Of a stretch of DNA of 64,000 nt, positions 39,370 through 64,000 are shown in pieces. The stretch lies in contig CATOCA020000001.1 in the NCBI GenBank assembly GCA_951406725.2, forward strand, positions 682,001-746,000, in the 5' to 3' direction. The stretch is from Octopus vulgaris. Taxonomy: Eukaryota. Position numbers and translations under genes: made by a program. Positions within the stretch are counted from its first letter, which is position 1, and the number at the start of each line of letters is the position of its first letter. A model generated the notes under the pieces. The model had not been told where the DNA came from and did no database searches. It saw only the letters and a list, made by a program, of their open reading frames with translations.

Positions 39370-40120
39370 TACATGCATACATACACACACACACACACAC
39401 ACATACATACACACACACACACACACATACATACATACACACACACACACATACATACACACACACACACACATACATACATACATACATACATACATAC
39501 ATACATACATACATACATACATACATACATACATACATGCATGCATACATACATACATACATACAAACATACATACATACATGCATACATACATACATAT
39601 ACACACACATACATACATACATGCATACATACATGCATGCATACATGCATACATGCATACAAACATACATACATACATAAATACATACATGCATACATAC
39701 ATACATACATACATACATACATACATACATACATACATACATGCATGCATGCATGCATACATACATACATACATACAAACATACATACATACATACATGC
39801 ATACATACATACATATACACATGCATACATACATGCATGCATACATACATGCATGCATACATGCATACATACATACATACATACATACATACATACATAC
39901 ATAAATACATACATGCATGCATACATACATACATACATACATACATACATACACACATTCATACATACATACATGCATACACACACACATACATGCATAC
40001 ATACATACATGCATGCATACATACATACATACATACATACATACATACATACATACATACACACATTCATACATACATACACACACACACATACATACAT
40101 ACATACATACATACATACAT

Positions 40121-40151
<31 letters not shown>

Positions 40152-40157
40152 TACATG

Positions 40158-40188
<31 letters not shown>

Positions 40189-40315
40189 GCATACATACAC
40201 ACACACACACACACATACATACATACACACACACACACATACATACACACACACACACACATACATACATACATACATACATACATACATACATACATAG
40301 ATACATACATACATA
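38727..40315. repeat. (CATA/CA)n compound microsatellite containing an internal ~780-bp duplication
   Basis: The same order of interruptions (CAAACA, CATAAATA, CATTCA) occurs twice. Confidence 0.9.
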
Positions 40316-40494
40316 TATGTACAGATATCAGGTTGGGTAAAAAATTAAGCAACATTTTGAACCATGAAGAATTCGTGCCAGATTTTTGAAGAGTTTTGAA
40401 TTTTTTTAATGCATTTTTTTGCAACGGCATCAATAAATAAACATTGATATTTTTAGGATCTTTACCTTTTGACCTACAGATTTAAAACATGATT

Positions 40495-41325
40495 TTTTAG
40501 TCGAGCAAATCGCCCCCAGGACTGATTCTTTGTAAGTCTAGTACTTATTCTATCGATCTTTTTTACCGAACCGCTAAGTTACAGGGATGTAAACACACCA
40601 GCATCAGTTGTCAAGCAATGTTGTTGGGGGACAAACATATATACACACATACATACATATATATATATATACATATATACGACGTGCTTCTTTCAGTTTC
40701 CGTCTACCAAATCCACTCATAAGGCTTTGGTCGGCCCGAGGCTATAGTAGAAGACACTTGCCCAAGGTGCCATGCAGTGGGACGTAACCCAGAACCATGT
40801 GGTTCGTAAGCAAGCTACTTACCACACAGCCACTCCTACACGACAGGCTTCCTTCAGTTTCCATCTACCAAATCCACTCACAAGGCTTTGGTCAGCCTGA
40901 GGCTATAGTAGAAGACACTTGCCCAAGGTGCCACACAGTGGGACGGAACTCGGAACCATGTTGTTCGTAAGCAAGCTACTTACCACACAGCCACTCCTAC
41001 ACGACAGGCTTCTTTCAGTTTCTGTCTACCAAATCCACTCACAAGGCTTTGGTCGGCCTGAGGCTATAGTAGAAGACACTTGCCCAAGGTGCCATGCAAT
41101 GGGACAGAACCCGGAACCATGTTGTTCGTAAGCAAGCTACTTACCACACAGCCACTCCTACACGACAGGCTTCTTTCAGTTTCTGTCTACCAAATCCACT
41201 CACAAGGCTTTGGTCGGCCCGAGGCTATAGTAGAAGACACTTGCCCAAGGTGCCATGCAATGGGACGGAACCCAGAACCATGTGGTTCGTAAGCAAGCTA
41301 CTTACCACACAGCCACTCTTACACC
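40495..41325 (-). mobile_element. Family A SINE with four tandem 161-bp head units
   Basis: The junction CCACTCCTACACGACAGGCTT is repeated; ORF offsets 40919/41080 give a 161-bp period. Confidence 0.9.
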
Positions 41326-42534
41326 TATGTAGAACATACATTATCATGAAATTTTGTTGACAGGTTTTAATCTAGATTACTTCAATAGCTTAGTGTTTGT
41401 TGATATATATTTCAAACACCAACTTAATAATAACAAAGTTATCTTATTAAGTTCTTTGTATCATCAAAGGGAATTTTTAAAAACCTGGCAGGTTATTTCG
41501 ATATAAATTTGCAAACAAAAGTGGGTAGCATAAAAGTGGGTCGAAAAATTAAATCGTAGCCCATATGTTATAAACACCCCTAATTTTAATTTTGGCTTTG
41601 ATGGAGAAAATAGAGTTTGATACACATGGGGTTTTGTAGCAGCTTCACAAAAACTAATCTTGGCCACTTTTGAAATATCAAAAATATGTTTTCTTAACAC
41701 AAAAGCATTCATCTTCTTCAAATACAAACAGTTATAATTACAGACAAATTACGTCTTTTTAATTGATTTTTTTTCATTTTATATTATTTTTTTTTTTATT
41801 TTTTTTTTTTTTTTTTAGAAAATATTTTGAGTGAAATTCAAAAGAAATTTAATGATTTTAATAATATTTCCTGAAATATGTAGTCTCGTATCTATTTTAT
41901 TTATAATTTCGGTTGTATTTTTGATTATATATTTATTTATTTTGCATCTCTCTTTGGTGAAAATAACACGGAAAATGTGTTTTCAAAATCTGGAACAGTT
42001 TTATCATCATCATCATTATTAAAGAGGTGAGCTGGCAGAATCTTTAGCAATTATTAGCCTGTGGAGATGCATGGCTTAGTGGTTAAGGTGTTGAACTCAT
42101 GATAATAAGGTTGTGGTTTCAATTCCTGGACCAGGCGATGCATTGTGTTCTTGAGCAAAACACTTCATTTTCACGTTGCTGCAATAAGCCCTGAATTATT
42201 TCATGCTTCTTACCACACAGTGGATCTTGAAGCAGATAAAGCTACTTAAAAATAATCCTTTCTACTAAAGGCACAAGGCCTGGAATTTTGGAAGTGGGTG
42301 GGTTAGTCGATTACGATGACTCCAATATTTCTTTGGTACTTAATTTATTAACCCCCAAAAGGATGAAAGGTAAAGTCGACCTCGGCAGAATTTGAACTCA
42401 GAATGTAGTGATAGGTGAAATACTACAAAGCATTTCATTCTTCCTGCTAACGACTCCGACAGCCCGACCCCTTTAAAGCTACAAATAGCCCTTTCTACTG
42501 GAACCACAAGGCCTCAAATTTGAGGGAAAGGATT

Positions 42535-42832
42535 TAGTTAGTTATTAATTTTTTGGCTCAAAAAGCAAAAAGCAAGGCCATGTAGAGGGACATGGGAGTT
42601 ATGTACAGGGTGGTGTTCATGCAAAGAGTTCAGGACATTTCTGGTCAAGGGAGACTTTGAACCGAGCGGTCCTCGGCATCTTCACCATCTCGTCCGGCAG
42701 CTTATTCCACGGATCTGCAACCTGGACGGAGAAAGCCCCTCTCCTTCGATTGAGATGAAATCGTCGCAGATAGAGCTTTTCGGAATGACCCCGCAGCCAA
42801 CGCTCTGGAGCAGGAGTGAAGAACAGCTCCTT
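42535..42832 (-). mobile_element. CR1-clade LINE 3' end
   Basis: LRGHSEKLYLRRFHLNRRRGAFSVQVADPWNKLPDEMVKMPRTARFKVSLD matches the CR1 RGH..KL...FS.RV...WN.LP..V.....FK..LD C-terminus. A short UTR and a TAAC-type tail follow. Confidence 0.85.
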
Positions 42833-43249
42833 CGACCCCAGTGCATGACTGGTACTTATTTTATCAGCCCTCGAAAGGATGAAAGGCAAAGTTGACCTCA
42901 GTGGAATTTGAACTCAGAACGTAGCGGCAACGAAATACCGCTAATCATTTCTACCTGCGTGCTAACGGTTCTGCCAGCTCGCCGCCTTAAGGGTAAGGGT
43001 ATAAATGATTATAGCAAATTTTAGCCCAAGGCCAGTAATTTTGGGGGAGGGAGTAAGTTAATTACACCAACCCCAGAGTACAACTGGTCCTTTACCGAAA
43101 GGTAAAGTCAACTTTGACAGGATTTGAACTCAGGACATGAAGGCGGATAAAAATGTTGCTAAGCATTTTTGCCCGGCATGCTAACCAGTCTGCCAGCTTG
43201 CCACGTTGATAAGCTAGAAATAATAGCATGTAAAGATTGGGTTTAAGAA

Positions 43250-43740
43250 ACACACACATACACGGGCACGCACATACACACGCAACATACACACACACAT
43301 ACACACACGTACACACACATACACACACATACACACATACACACATATACACACACATGCACACACACACACATACACACACATGCACACACATGCACAT
43401 ACACACGCACGCACACATACACACACATACACATGCACGCACACGTACACACACATATACACACATACACACACATACACACACATACACACACGCACAC
43501 ACACACACACATACACACACATACACACACATACACACACATACACATACACACACATACACACACATACACACACATGCACATACACACACATACACAC
43601 ACATACACACTTACACACATACACGCATGCACACATACACACACATACACATATACACACAAACTCACACACATACACATGTACACACATACACACACAT
43701 ACACACACACACATACATACACCTACACACACACACACTT
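43250..43740. repeat. (CA/CATA)n compound microsatellite
   Basis: Directly visible. Confidence 0.95.
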
Positions 43741-44358
43741 ATTGCAAGATTTGTATATCTATGTGGTCGAATATAGAATTTTTTTCCTATACTCCAAAAA
43801 AACCCTTTTTAGCCACAAAATTCAAAAATATATATATTAAAACTTTTTCGTATACAAAAGACCTGAAGCAAAATATGACCCCTTTAATTTACCTTGTCCC
43901 CTTCCATCTTCATCCCATTTTGTTATATATCTCCGAATATAATAATGAGTGTAGTGAGGAGTGGCTGTGTGGTAAGTAGCTTGCTAACCAACCACACGGT
44001 TGTGGGTTCAGTCCCACTGCGTGGCATCTTGGGCAAGTGTCTTCTGCTATAGCCCCGGGCCGACCAATGCCTTGTGAGTGGATTTGGTAGACGGAAACTG
44101 AAAGAAGCCTGTCGTATATATGTATATATATGTATATGTGTGTGTGTTTGTGTGTTTGTGTTTGTCCCCCTAGCATTGCTTGACAACCGATGCTGGTGTG
44201 TTTGGGTCCCAGTCGCTTAGCGGTTCGGCAAAAAGAGACCGATAGAATAGGTACTAAAAGGTGGTGCTCCAGCATGGCCGCAGTCAAATGACTGAAACAA
44301 GTAAAAGAGTAAAAGAGTAAAGAGAGAGTATATGTATGTATGTATGTATGTATATGTA

Positions 44359-44394
<36 letters not shown>

Positions 44395-44412
44395 TGTATG
44401 TATGTATATGTA

Positions 44413-44448
<36 letters not shown>

Positions 44449-45249
44449 TGTATGTATGTATGTATGTATATAGTTGTCCAAAATCATGCAGGTGGGAGAA
44501 AGAGAAAGAATAGAATAAGTGAAGGGAGAGGAGGGAAAATAGTAATTCAGTGAAGGAGAAGTAGTGAGAGTAATAGCCATGACAGAGAGGTAGTGAGAGA
44601 AAGCAATAGCAATGAGAGAGAGGAAATGGTAAAGAAGGCATCATGCAGTTTCTGCTTTTCTCTGTTGCAACATATGAATGAGAAAGGAAGGGGTGATGGA
44701 TGAATAACAAAGGAAGGGTGGGGGGGGTGACAAAAATTTGCATTTCAGCTCTGTGTGAGTATATGCGCGTGTATATAAAAGGGAGGTACGTGAATGTTTT
44801 TGTGTGTCTGTGTGTCTGTGTGCAATGGAAGTGGGATGGTGATCATTCAATGCTGGAAAGAAAAATGAAACACCAAATTAACTGTGTGAGTATATGTGTG
44901 TATGTTTGTGTGTGTGTGTGTACAAGGGAATTATGTGAATATTTGTATGTGTGATTATTATGTACCTTATATATATATATAAAATACTATAATTAGCCAT
45001 CATTTTTGATGGCATGAGGCCAGCTGGTATTTATGTAAACTACATATATGCCAATTTCACTATCATAATACATATACCAGTACAATTTCCCTTGAACTAT
45101 AAAGCAAAGATGATTATTCAGTGAAAATGTATCATTATATTATTATCTTTCATACCAACACATGCAATAAAATTGTCCTCCACTTCTGTTAAAGAGTTGA
45201 ATTCATTTTAATTGTGCAATATATCGAAACAGATAGGTAGATAGATAGG

Positions 45250-45361
<112 letters not shown>

Positions 45362-45366
45362 CAGAC

Positions 45367-45415
<49 letters not shown>

Positions 45416-45445
45416 TAGATAGATAGATAGATGGATAGATGGATG

Positions 45446-45476
<31 letters not shown>

Positions 45477-45684
45477 GGATAGATGGATGGATAGATAGAT
45501 AGATAGCTAGATACATACATACATACATACATACATAGATTGATAAATAGATAGATAGACGGATAGATAGATAGATAGATAGACAGACAGATAGATAGAT
45601 AGATAGATAGATACATACATACATACATACATAGATTGATAAATAGATAGATAGACGGATAGATAGATAGATAGATAGACAGAC

Positions 45685-45780
<96 letters not shown>

Positions 45781-45785
45781 GGATG

Positions 45786-45816
<31 letters not shown>

Positions 45817-45924
45817 GGATAGATGGATGGATAGATAGATAGATAGCTAGATACATACATACATACATACATACATAGATTGATAAATAGATAGATAGAC
45901 GGATAGATAGATAGATAGATAGAT

Positions 45925-46662
45925 ATGTTTCTTTATTAGCCACAAAGGACTGCACACAGACAGAACAAATTACAAGGTAGAGCTTTTCTTTTGGGGGTAA
46001 AAAAAGGGGGCTGGTTTTCGATCAAAAGGGATCGTAAAAGGAAAGAAAGAGGACAAAAAGAAGGGGAGGATTTTAAAAAAAGGGGGGAGAGGAAAAAAAA
46101 AAGAAATGGGGAGAGGAAAAAAAAGTTGATCAATAGGGATCGTTATCACAGAAATGTCAATATGAAGTGTAAAGGGGAGGACAGGTGAGGTTTACCCGTG
46201 GAAAGAAAAGCCTACGGAAAAGACCACGGTAACCTCGGTCAATGAAGTCACATGTTATATTTCTTTTTTTTTTTTTTGTAAATAAGCAACTCTCTGTATT
46301 AACTTTTACGGTTCATAGAATCATAGTCAAGGTGGCTTCGTCATTCATACGTGCCATCCTTGCTACATTCACCCATCTTTTTTTAAAACATTCACTAGAC
46401 AAAACTTGCCTCTCTACTCTCACTTTCCTCTTCAAGTGATACTTGAAGAAGTTGATGAGAGATTGACCAGAGAGGAAAGTGTTTGTCTCTAATCCTTTCA
46501 GGCGCGTCCACCAGATACATTCTTTCGCCATAGCCACAAGTATGATAAAATTAGCACTTCCTTCCCGTTTGAAGGAAGGAGGCGTGACGATATTAACGAT
46601 AGACTCGGCTGATAAACCGACACGTCCCACACGTGACAGCAGTCGTTCGACATAAGCCCACA
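45925..46662 (-). mobile_element. Tx1/L1-clade LINE 3' fragment between two (GATA)n arrays (45230-45925 and 46663-47112)
   Basis: [13 protein letters not shown]...IILVAMAKECIWWTRLK...LINFFKYHLKRKVRVERQVLSSECFKKRWVNVAR shows the AK..IW..R and F...W motifs of Tx1 ORF2 C-termini. The 3' end is GTGGCTAATAAAGAAACATATCTATCT. Sister 3' ends lie at ~47112-47380(-) and ~47803-47930(+). Confidence 0.75.
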
Positions 46663-46682
46663 GATAGATAGATAGATAGACG

Positions 46683-46757
<75 letters not shown>

Positions 46758-46806
46758 GGATGGATAGATAGATGGATACATAGATAGATAGATAGATAGA
46801 CAAATT

Positions 46807-46865
<59 letters not shown>

Positions 46866-46866
46866 G

Positions 46867-46901
<35 letters not shown>

Positions 46902-46921
46902 GGATAGATGGATAGATAGAT

Positions 46922-46958
<37 letters not shown>

Positions 46959-47008
46959 TAGATAGATAGATAAATATATAGATAGATAGATAGATAGATA
47001 GATAGATT

Positions 47009-47112
<104 letters not shown>

Positions 47113-48411
47113 TGTTTCTTTATGTTGTATAGATAGATGGCCACGCAGGGTTTCTTTTTAGAGCTGAACACAGAGGGAACAAAATACAAAGTAGAGCTTT
47201 CCTTTTTAGAAAGAAGAAGAGAAAAAAATGGGTTGAATTTCGATCAAAAGAGATCATGGAAAAAAAGGAAAGAATCCGATCAATAGGGATCATGTATCAC
47301 AGAAATGTCAATGTAAAAAGGGAAAACAGATTAGGTTTATCTGTGGAGAGAAAAGCTTACGGAAAAGACCACGGTAACCATGTTGAAGGCGGCGAACTGG
47401 CAGAAACGTTAGCACGACGGGCGAAATGCGTAGCCGTATTTCGTCTGCCGCTATGTTCTGAGTTCAAATTCTGCCGAGGTCGACTTTGCCTTTCATCCTT
47501 TCGGGGTCGATAAATAAGTACCAGTTACGCACTGGGATCGAAATCGACTTGATCCGTGTGTCTGTCCTTGTTTGTCCTCTCTGTGTTTAGCTCCTTGTGG
47601 GTAGTAAAGAAATAGGTATTCCGTCTACCGCTACGTTCAGAGTTCAAATTCCGCCGAGGTCGACTTTGCCTTTCATCCTTTCGGGGTCGATAAATAAGTA
47701 CCAGTTACGCACTGGGGTCGAAATCGACTTGATCCGTGTGTCTGTCCTTGTTTGTCCTCTCTGTGTTTAGCCCCTTGTGGGTAGTAAAGAAATAGGTAAC
47801 CATTATTTTGATCGAAATTCGACCCATTTTTTTTCTCTTCATCTTCCCAAAAAGAAAAGCTCTACCTTGTAATCTGTCCCGTCTGTGTGCAGCCCTGTGT
47901 GGCCAATAAAGAAACATATCTATCTGCCTACTTATCTATCTATCTAAGTATCCCTTATTTTGTCTGACCCCTATATATGCAGCACATTAGCTCACTCTCT
48001 CCATCAAACCAATGTTACCTGAACAGGTGTGCACAGTGTACCATGCCTCAGGTGTGAAAGTGATCACAGATCAGCATCACCTTAAGTGTTTTGCTCAAGA
48101 ACCGAAATGTACTGCATTGCCCAGTCCAAGAATTGAACCCAGGATCTGATGATCGCATGTGCAACACCCTAAACTACAGGCCATACACCTTCACGTGCTA
48201 CACATAAAGCGTATCTTTTATCTTTTACTGTGACCATGCTGGGGCACCGCCTTGAAGAATTGTCAGTCAAATGAATTGATCCCAGTATATATAATTCTTT
48301 TTAAAAAGCCGGTACTCAATCTATTGGACTGTTTTGCTGAACCACTGAGTTACAGGGACATAAACACACCAACACTGGTTGTTGAGCAATGGTGGGGAAC
48401 AAACAAACATT

Positions 48412-48462
<51 letters not shown>

Positions 48463-48554
48463 ACACACATACACACATATATATATATATATATACACGT
48501 ATATATATATATGTATATATATATGTATATATGTATATATATGTATATATATAT

Positions 48555-48756
48555 ATATAATGGTTGTATACTGTCAATCTAACAAGAACGTGACAGTAGG
48601 GGTACACCACCGTTATATAGCCCTAGGAGGCATCGAACGCCTCCTGACAGCTGTCGAAGCTGTCAGGAGGCGTTCGATGCCTCCTAGGGCTATATAACGG
48701 TGGTGTACCCCCTACTGTCACGTTCTTGTTAGATTGACAGTATACAACCATTATAT
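48555..48756. repeat. Near-perfect ~200-bp palindrome (~98-bp arms, 5-nt loop)
   Basis: TATAATGGTTGTATACTGTC...CCTCCTGACAGCT / GTCGA / AGCTGTCAGGAGG...GACAGTATACAACCATTATA. The only arm difference I found is a G4 versus C5 run. Confidence 0.95.
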
Positions 48757-48806
48757 CGTCCCACCACCGTACACCTCTCTATGAGAGATTTAGAAACTCA
48801 ATATTT

Positions 48807-48840
<34 letters not shown>

Positions 48841-48912
48841 AATTTAATTTGCCAAAATATTTTTGTCACTTTGAGACTGCAAATTAAATTTAAATATATA
48901 TATATATATATA

Positions 48913-50312
<1,400 letters not shown>

Positions 50313-50514
50313 CATATATATACATATATACATATATATATACATATATATATATATACGTGTATACACACACACACACACACACATATATATACAGTGA
50401 TCCCTCGACTAATGCGAGTGTTGTGTTCCAAAGATCCTGCGATAAGAGAAAACCTACGGAGTTGAAACAGCAATGAACTGTATCTTTTTTTAATTATTTT
50501 TATAATTTGTATAT

Positions 50515-50759
50515 ACTCTTTTACTCTTTTACTCTTTTACTCTTCTACTTGTTGCAGTCATTTGACTGCGGCCATGCTGGAGCACCACCTTTAGTTGAGC
50601 AACTCGACCCCGGGACTTATTCTTTTTTGTAAGCCCAGTACTTATTCTATCGGTCTCTTTTGCCGAACCGCTAAGTAACAGGGACATAAACACACCAGCA
50701 TCGGTTGTCAAGCAATGCTAGGGGGACAAACACAGACACACACATACACATACACACAG

Positions 50760-50824
<65 letters not shown>

Positions 50825-50989
50825 TACGACGGGCTTCTTTCAGTTTCCGTCTACCAAATCCACTGACAAGGCTTTGGTCGGCCCGAGGCTATAGTAGAAG
50901 ACACTTGCCCAAGGTGCCACGCAGTGGGACTGAACCCGTAACTATGTGGTTGGTAAACTAGCTACTTACCACACAGCCACTCCTACACC

Positions 50990-51025
<36 letters not shown>

Positions 51026-51385
51026 CATATATACGACGGGCTTCTTTCAGTTTCCGTCTACCAAATCCACTCACAAGGCTTTGGTCGGCCCGAGGCTATA
51101 GTAGAAGTCACTTGCCCAAGATGCCACGCAGTGGGACTGAACCCGGAACCATGTGGTTGGTAAACAAGCTACTTACCACACAGCCACTCCTACACCTATA
51201 TATATATATATATATATACGACGGGCTTCTTTCAGTTTCTGTCTACCAAATCCACTCACAAGGCTTTGGTCGGCCCGAGGCTATAGCAGAAGACGCTTGC
51301 CCAAGGTGCCACGCAGTGGGACTCTGAACCCGGAACCATGTGGTTGGTAAACAAGCTACTTACCACACAGCCACTCCTACACCTA
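50515..51385 (-). mobile_element. Family A SINE with a triplicated head
   Basis: Three TACGACGGGCTTC...CCACTCCTACACCTA units separated by (TA)n. Confidence 0.9.
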
Positions 51386-51401
51386 AATATATATATATAT
51401 A

Positions 51402-51588
51402 TGAGGGACGTTCAGTAAGTAATGCCCCTGACCCACTTGTTGTTGCTTGATCTTGCTGAAATTTTGCATGTGCAATTATTCATATATCTATAGATTACGT
51501 GGCAAATTACAGCTCTGAACTAATTGTGGTTTCTGATTTACAGGTGTTTGAACTGAGTCAAGTGTGAAATGGAGCCTGTTGAGTGTCG
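51402..51588 (+). mobile_element. 5' fragment of the same mariner family in the opposite orientation
   Basis: TIR TGAGGGACGTTCAGTAAGTAATGCCCCTGACCCAC, 5' UTR and ATGGAGCCTGTTGAGTGTCG. Confidence 0.9.
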
Positions 51589-51729
51589 CCTATATATTTA
51601 TTTTATTATAAAAGTGAAACAACACCACAGAGGAATCAGCGTAAGCTTGAATAATAAACCATGATAGGTGAACTGTGATATGGCGAGCGATTGCTGTATA
51701 TATATATATATACATACATGCATATATAT

Positions 51730-53542
51730 ATTTCTGCCAAATCCGCTCACAAGGCTTTGGTCAACCCGAGACTATAGTAGAAGACACTTGCCTAAGGTAC
51801 CATGCAGTGGGACTGAACCCAGAACCATGTGGTTGGGAAGCAAGCTTCTTACCACATAGTCACTATCATTATGGTTGAAGTGTCTTTGTAGGCCTAGTAC
51901 TTATTCTATCGGTCTCTTTTGACGAACCGCTAAGTTACGGGGACGTAAACACACCAGCATCGGTTGTCGAGCGATGTTGGGGGACAAACACAGACATACA
52001 AATATACACACACATACATATATATATATACATATATACGACGGGCTTCTTTCAGTTTCCGTCTACCAAATCCACTCACAAGTCTTTGGTCGGCCCGAGG
52101 CTATAGTAGAAGACACTTGCCGAAGGTACCACGCAGTGGGACTGAACCCGTTACCATGTGGTTGGGAAGCAAGCTTCTTACCACATAGTCACTATCATTA
52201 TGGTTGAAGTATCTTTGTAGGCCTAGTACTTATTCTATCGCACGCTTTTGACGAACCGCTAAGTTACGGGGACGTAAACACACCAGCATCGGTTGTCGAG
52301 CGATGTTGGGGGACAAACACAGACACACGAACACATACACACACATACATACATATATATATACATATATACGACGGGCTTCTTTCAGTTTCCGTCTACC
52401 AAATCCACTCACAAGTCTTTGGTCGGCCCGAGGCTATAGTAGAAGACACTTGCCGAAGGTACCACGCAGTGGGACTGAACCCGTTACCATGTGGTTGGGA
52501 AGCAAGCTTCTTACCACATAGTCACTATCATTATGGTTGAAGTATCTTTGTAGGCCTAGTACTTATTCTATCGCACGCTTTTGACGAACCGCTAAGTTAC
52601 GGGGACGTAAACACACCAGCATCGGTTGTCGAGCGATGTTGGGGGACAAACACAGACACACGAACACATACACACACATACATATATATATATACATATA
52701 TACGACGGGCTTCTTTCAGTTTCCGTCTACCAAATCCACTCACAAGTCTTTGGTCGGCCCGAGGCTATAGTAGAAGACACTTGCCGAAGGTACCACGCAG
52801 TGGGACTGAACCCGTTACCATGTGGTTGGGAAGCAAGCTTCTTACCACATAGTCACTATCATTATGGTTGAAGTATCTTTGTAGGCCTAGTACTTATTCT
52901 ATCGCACGCTTTTGACGAACCGCTAAGTTACGGGGACGTAAACACACCAGCATCGGTTGTCGAGCGATGTTGGGGGACAAACACAGACACACGAACACAT
53001 ACACACACATACATATATATATATACATATATACGACGGGCTTCTTTCAGTTTCCGTCTACCAAATCCACTCACAAGTCTTTGGTCGGCCCGAGGCTATA
53101 GTAGAAGACACTTGCCGAAGGTACCACGCAGTGGGACTGAACCCGTTACCATGTGGTTGGGAAGCAAGCTTCTTACCACATAGTCACTATCATTATGGTT
53201 GAAGTATCTTTGTAGGCCTAGTACTTATTCTATCGCACGCTTTTGACGAACCGCTAAGTTACGGGGACGTAAACACACCAGCATCGGTTGTCGAGCGATG
53301 TTGGGGGACAAACACAGACACACGAACACATACACACGCATACATACATATATATATACATATATACGACGGGCTTCTTTCAGTTTCCGTCTACCAAATC
53401 CACTCACAAGTCTTTGGTCGGCCCGAGGCTATAGTAGAAGACACTTGCCGAAGGTACCACGCAGTGGGACTGAACCCGTTACCATGTGGTTGGGAAGCAA
53501 GCTTCTTACCACATAGTCACAATCATTATGGTTGAAGTGTCT
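51730..53542 (-). repeat. SINE-derived tandem array, ~331-bp unit x5 plus a partial unit
   Basis: Near-identical truncated family A SINEs joined by CATAGTCACTATCATTATGGTTGAAGT. ORF offsets 52626/52957 give 331 bp. Confidence 0.95.
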
Positions 53543-53559
53543 TTCTTCATAGACCTGAT

Positions 53560-53890
53560 GTGAAGGCACATGGCTTAGTGGTTACGGTATTCGGCTCATG
53601 ATCGTAAAGACATGTGTTCGATTCCTGGTGGTGGCTTGCGTCCTTGAGCAAGACACTTTATTTCATGTTGCTCCAGTTCACTTAACTGGCAAAAAAGGAG
53701 GAGTACCCGTGTCTCAAAGGGGAGCCAGCTTTGTTACGTTGTGTCACGCCGAATCTTCCCGAGGACTACGTTAAGGGTACGCGTGTCTGTGGAGTACACA
53801 GCCACTAGCACATTAATTTCACGAGCAGGCTGTTCCGTTGGTCGGATCAAGCGGAACCCGAGTTGTCGTCGCGACCGACGGAGTACCCGG
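53560..53890 (+). mobile_element. tRNA-derived SINE, family D (CORE/V-like GTCCTTGAGCAAGACACTT motif)
   Basis: Head TGGCTTAGTGG...GTTCGATTCC. Related heads lie at ~12200-12330, 42060-42180 and 48070-48195(-), with a tail remnant at ~23010-23110. Confidence 0.7.
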
Positions 53891-54021
53891 TCAAAGGCCC
53901 ACACGTCATTAAACAATAAGCAGTAACCAACGGATAGAGCTACAGTTAATGGTGGAAGGGAGATAACTCAGTGCTGGTATTTGAATTAATGCCGATCAAA
54001 AGAAACATATTTTCTATATAT

Positions 54022-64000
<9,979 letters not shown>

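Noticed and set aside
38571-40433. Long HTYI / MYVC ORFs (up to 563 aa), and similar YI, LSIY, poly-I, poly-D and poly-E ORFs elsewhere
   Set aside because: Translations of CATA, TA, GATA, ATT, GAT and GAA microsatellites, with no splice or codon evidence.

Overview
Eukaryotic, AT-rich and extremely rich in microsatellites and transposons. The SINE, RTE, Tx1 and mariner repertoire looks like an octopus (coleoid cephalopod) genome; this is an inference. Almost all ORFs in the supplied track are artefacts of simple repeats or SINEs. Reading splice sites by hand reveals one spliced + strand gene that the track misses. It has a CCAAT/TATA promoter at ~19.85-19.90 kb, a non-coding exon 1, a signal-peptide exon (28367-28427), a 27-nt micro-exon (29167-29193), a large exon from 30380 and a probable 3'-UTR exon (34386-~34770). 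It encodes a ~210-aa secreted low-complexity protein with a Tyr-Pro-His (YPH) repeat tail. That tail is only reached through a -1 frame change near 30522, most simply a 1-nt assembly deletion. Other highlights are type-I hammerhead ribozyme motifs in Penelope-like remnants, two ~200-bp fold-back palindromes and related Tx1-clade LINEs tied to different microsatellites. The window also holds a full-length decayed mariner, piggyBac-like and Merlin-like MITEs with readable TSDs, Helitron remnants, SINE-derived tandem arrays and a ~3.2-kb tandem segmental duplication at the right end.
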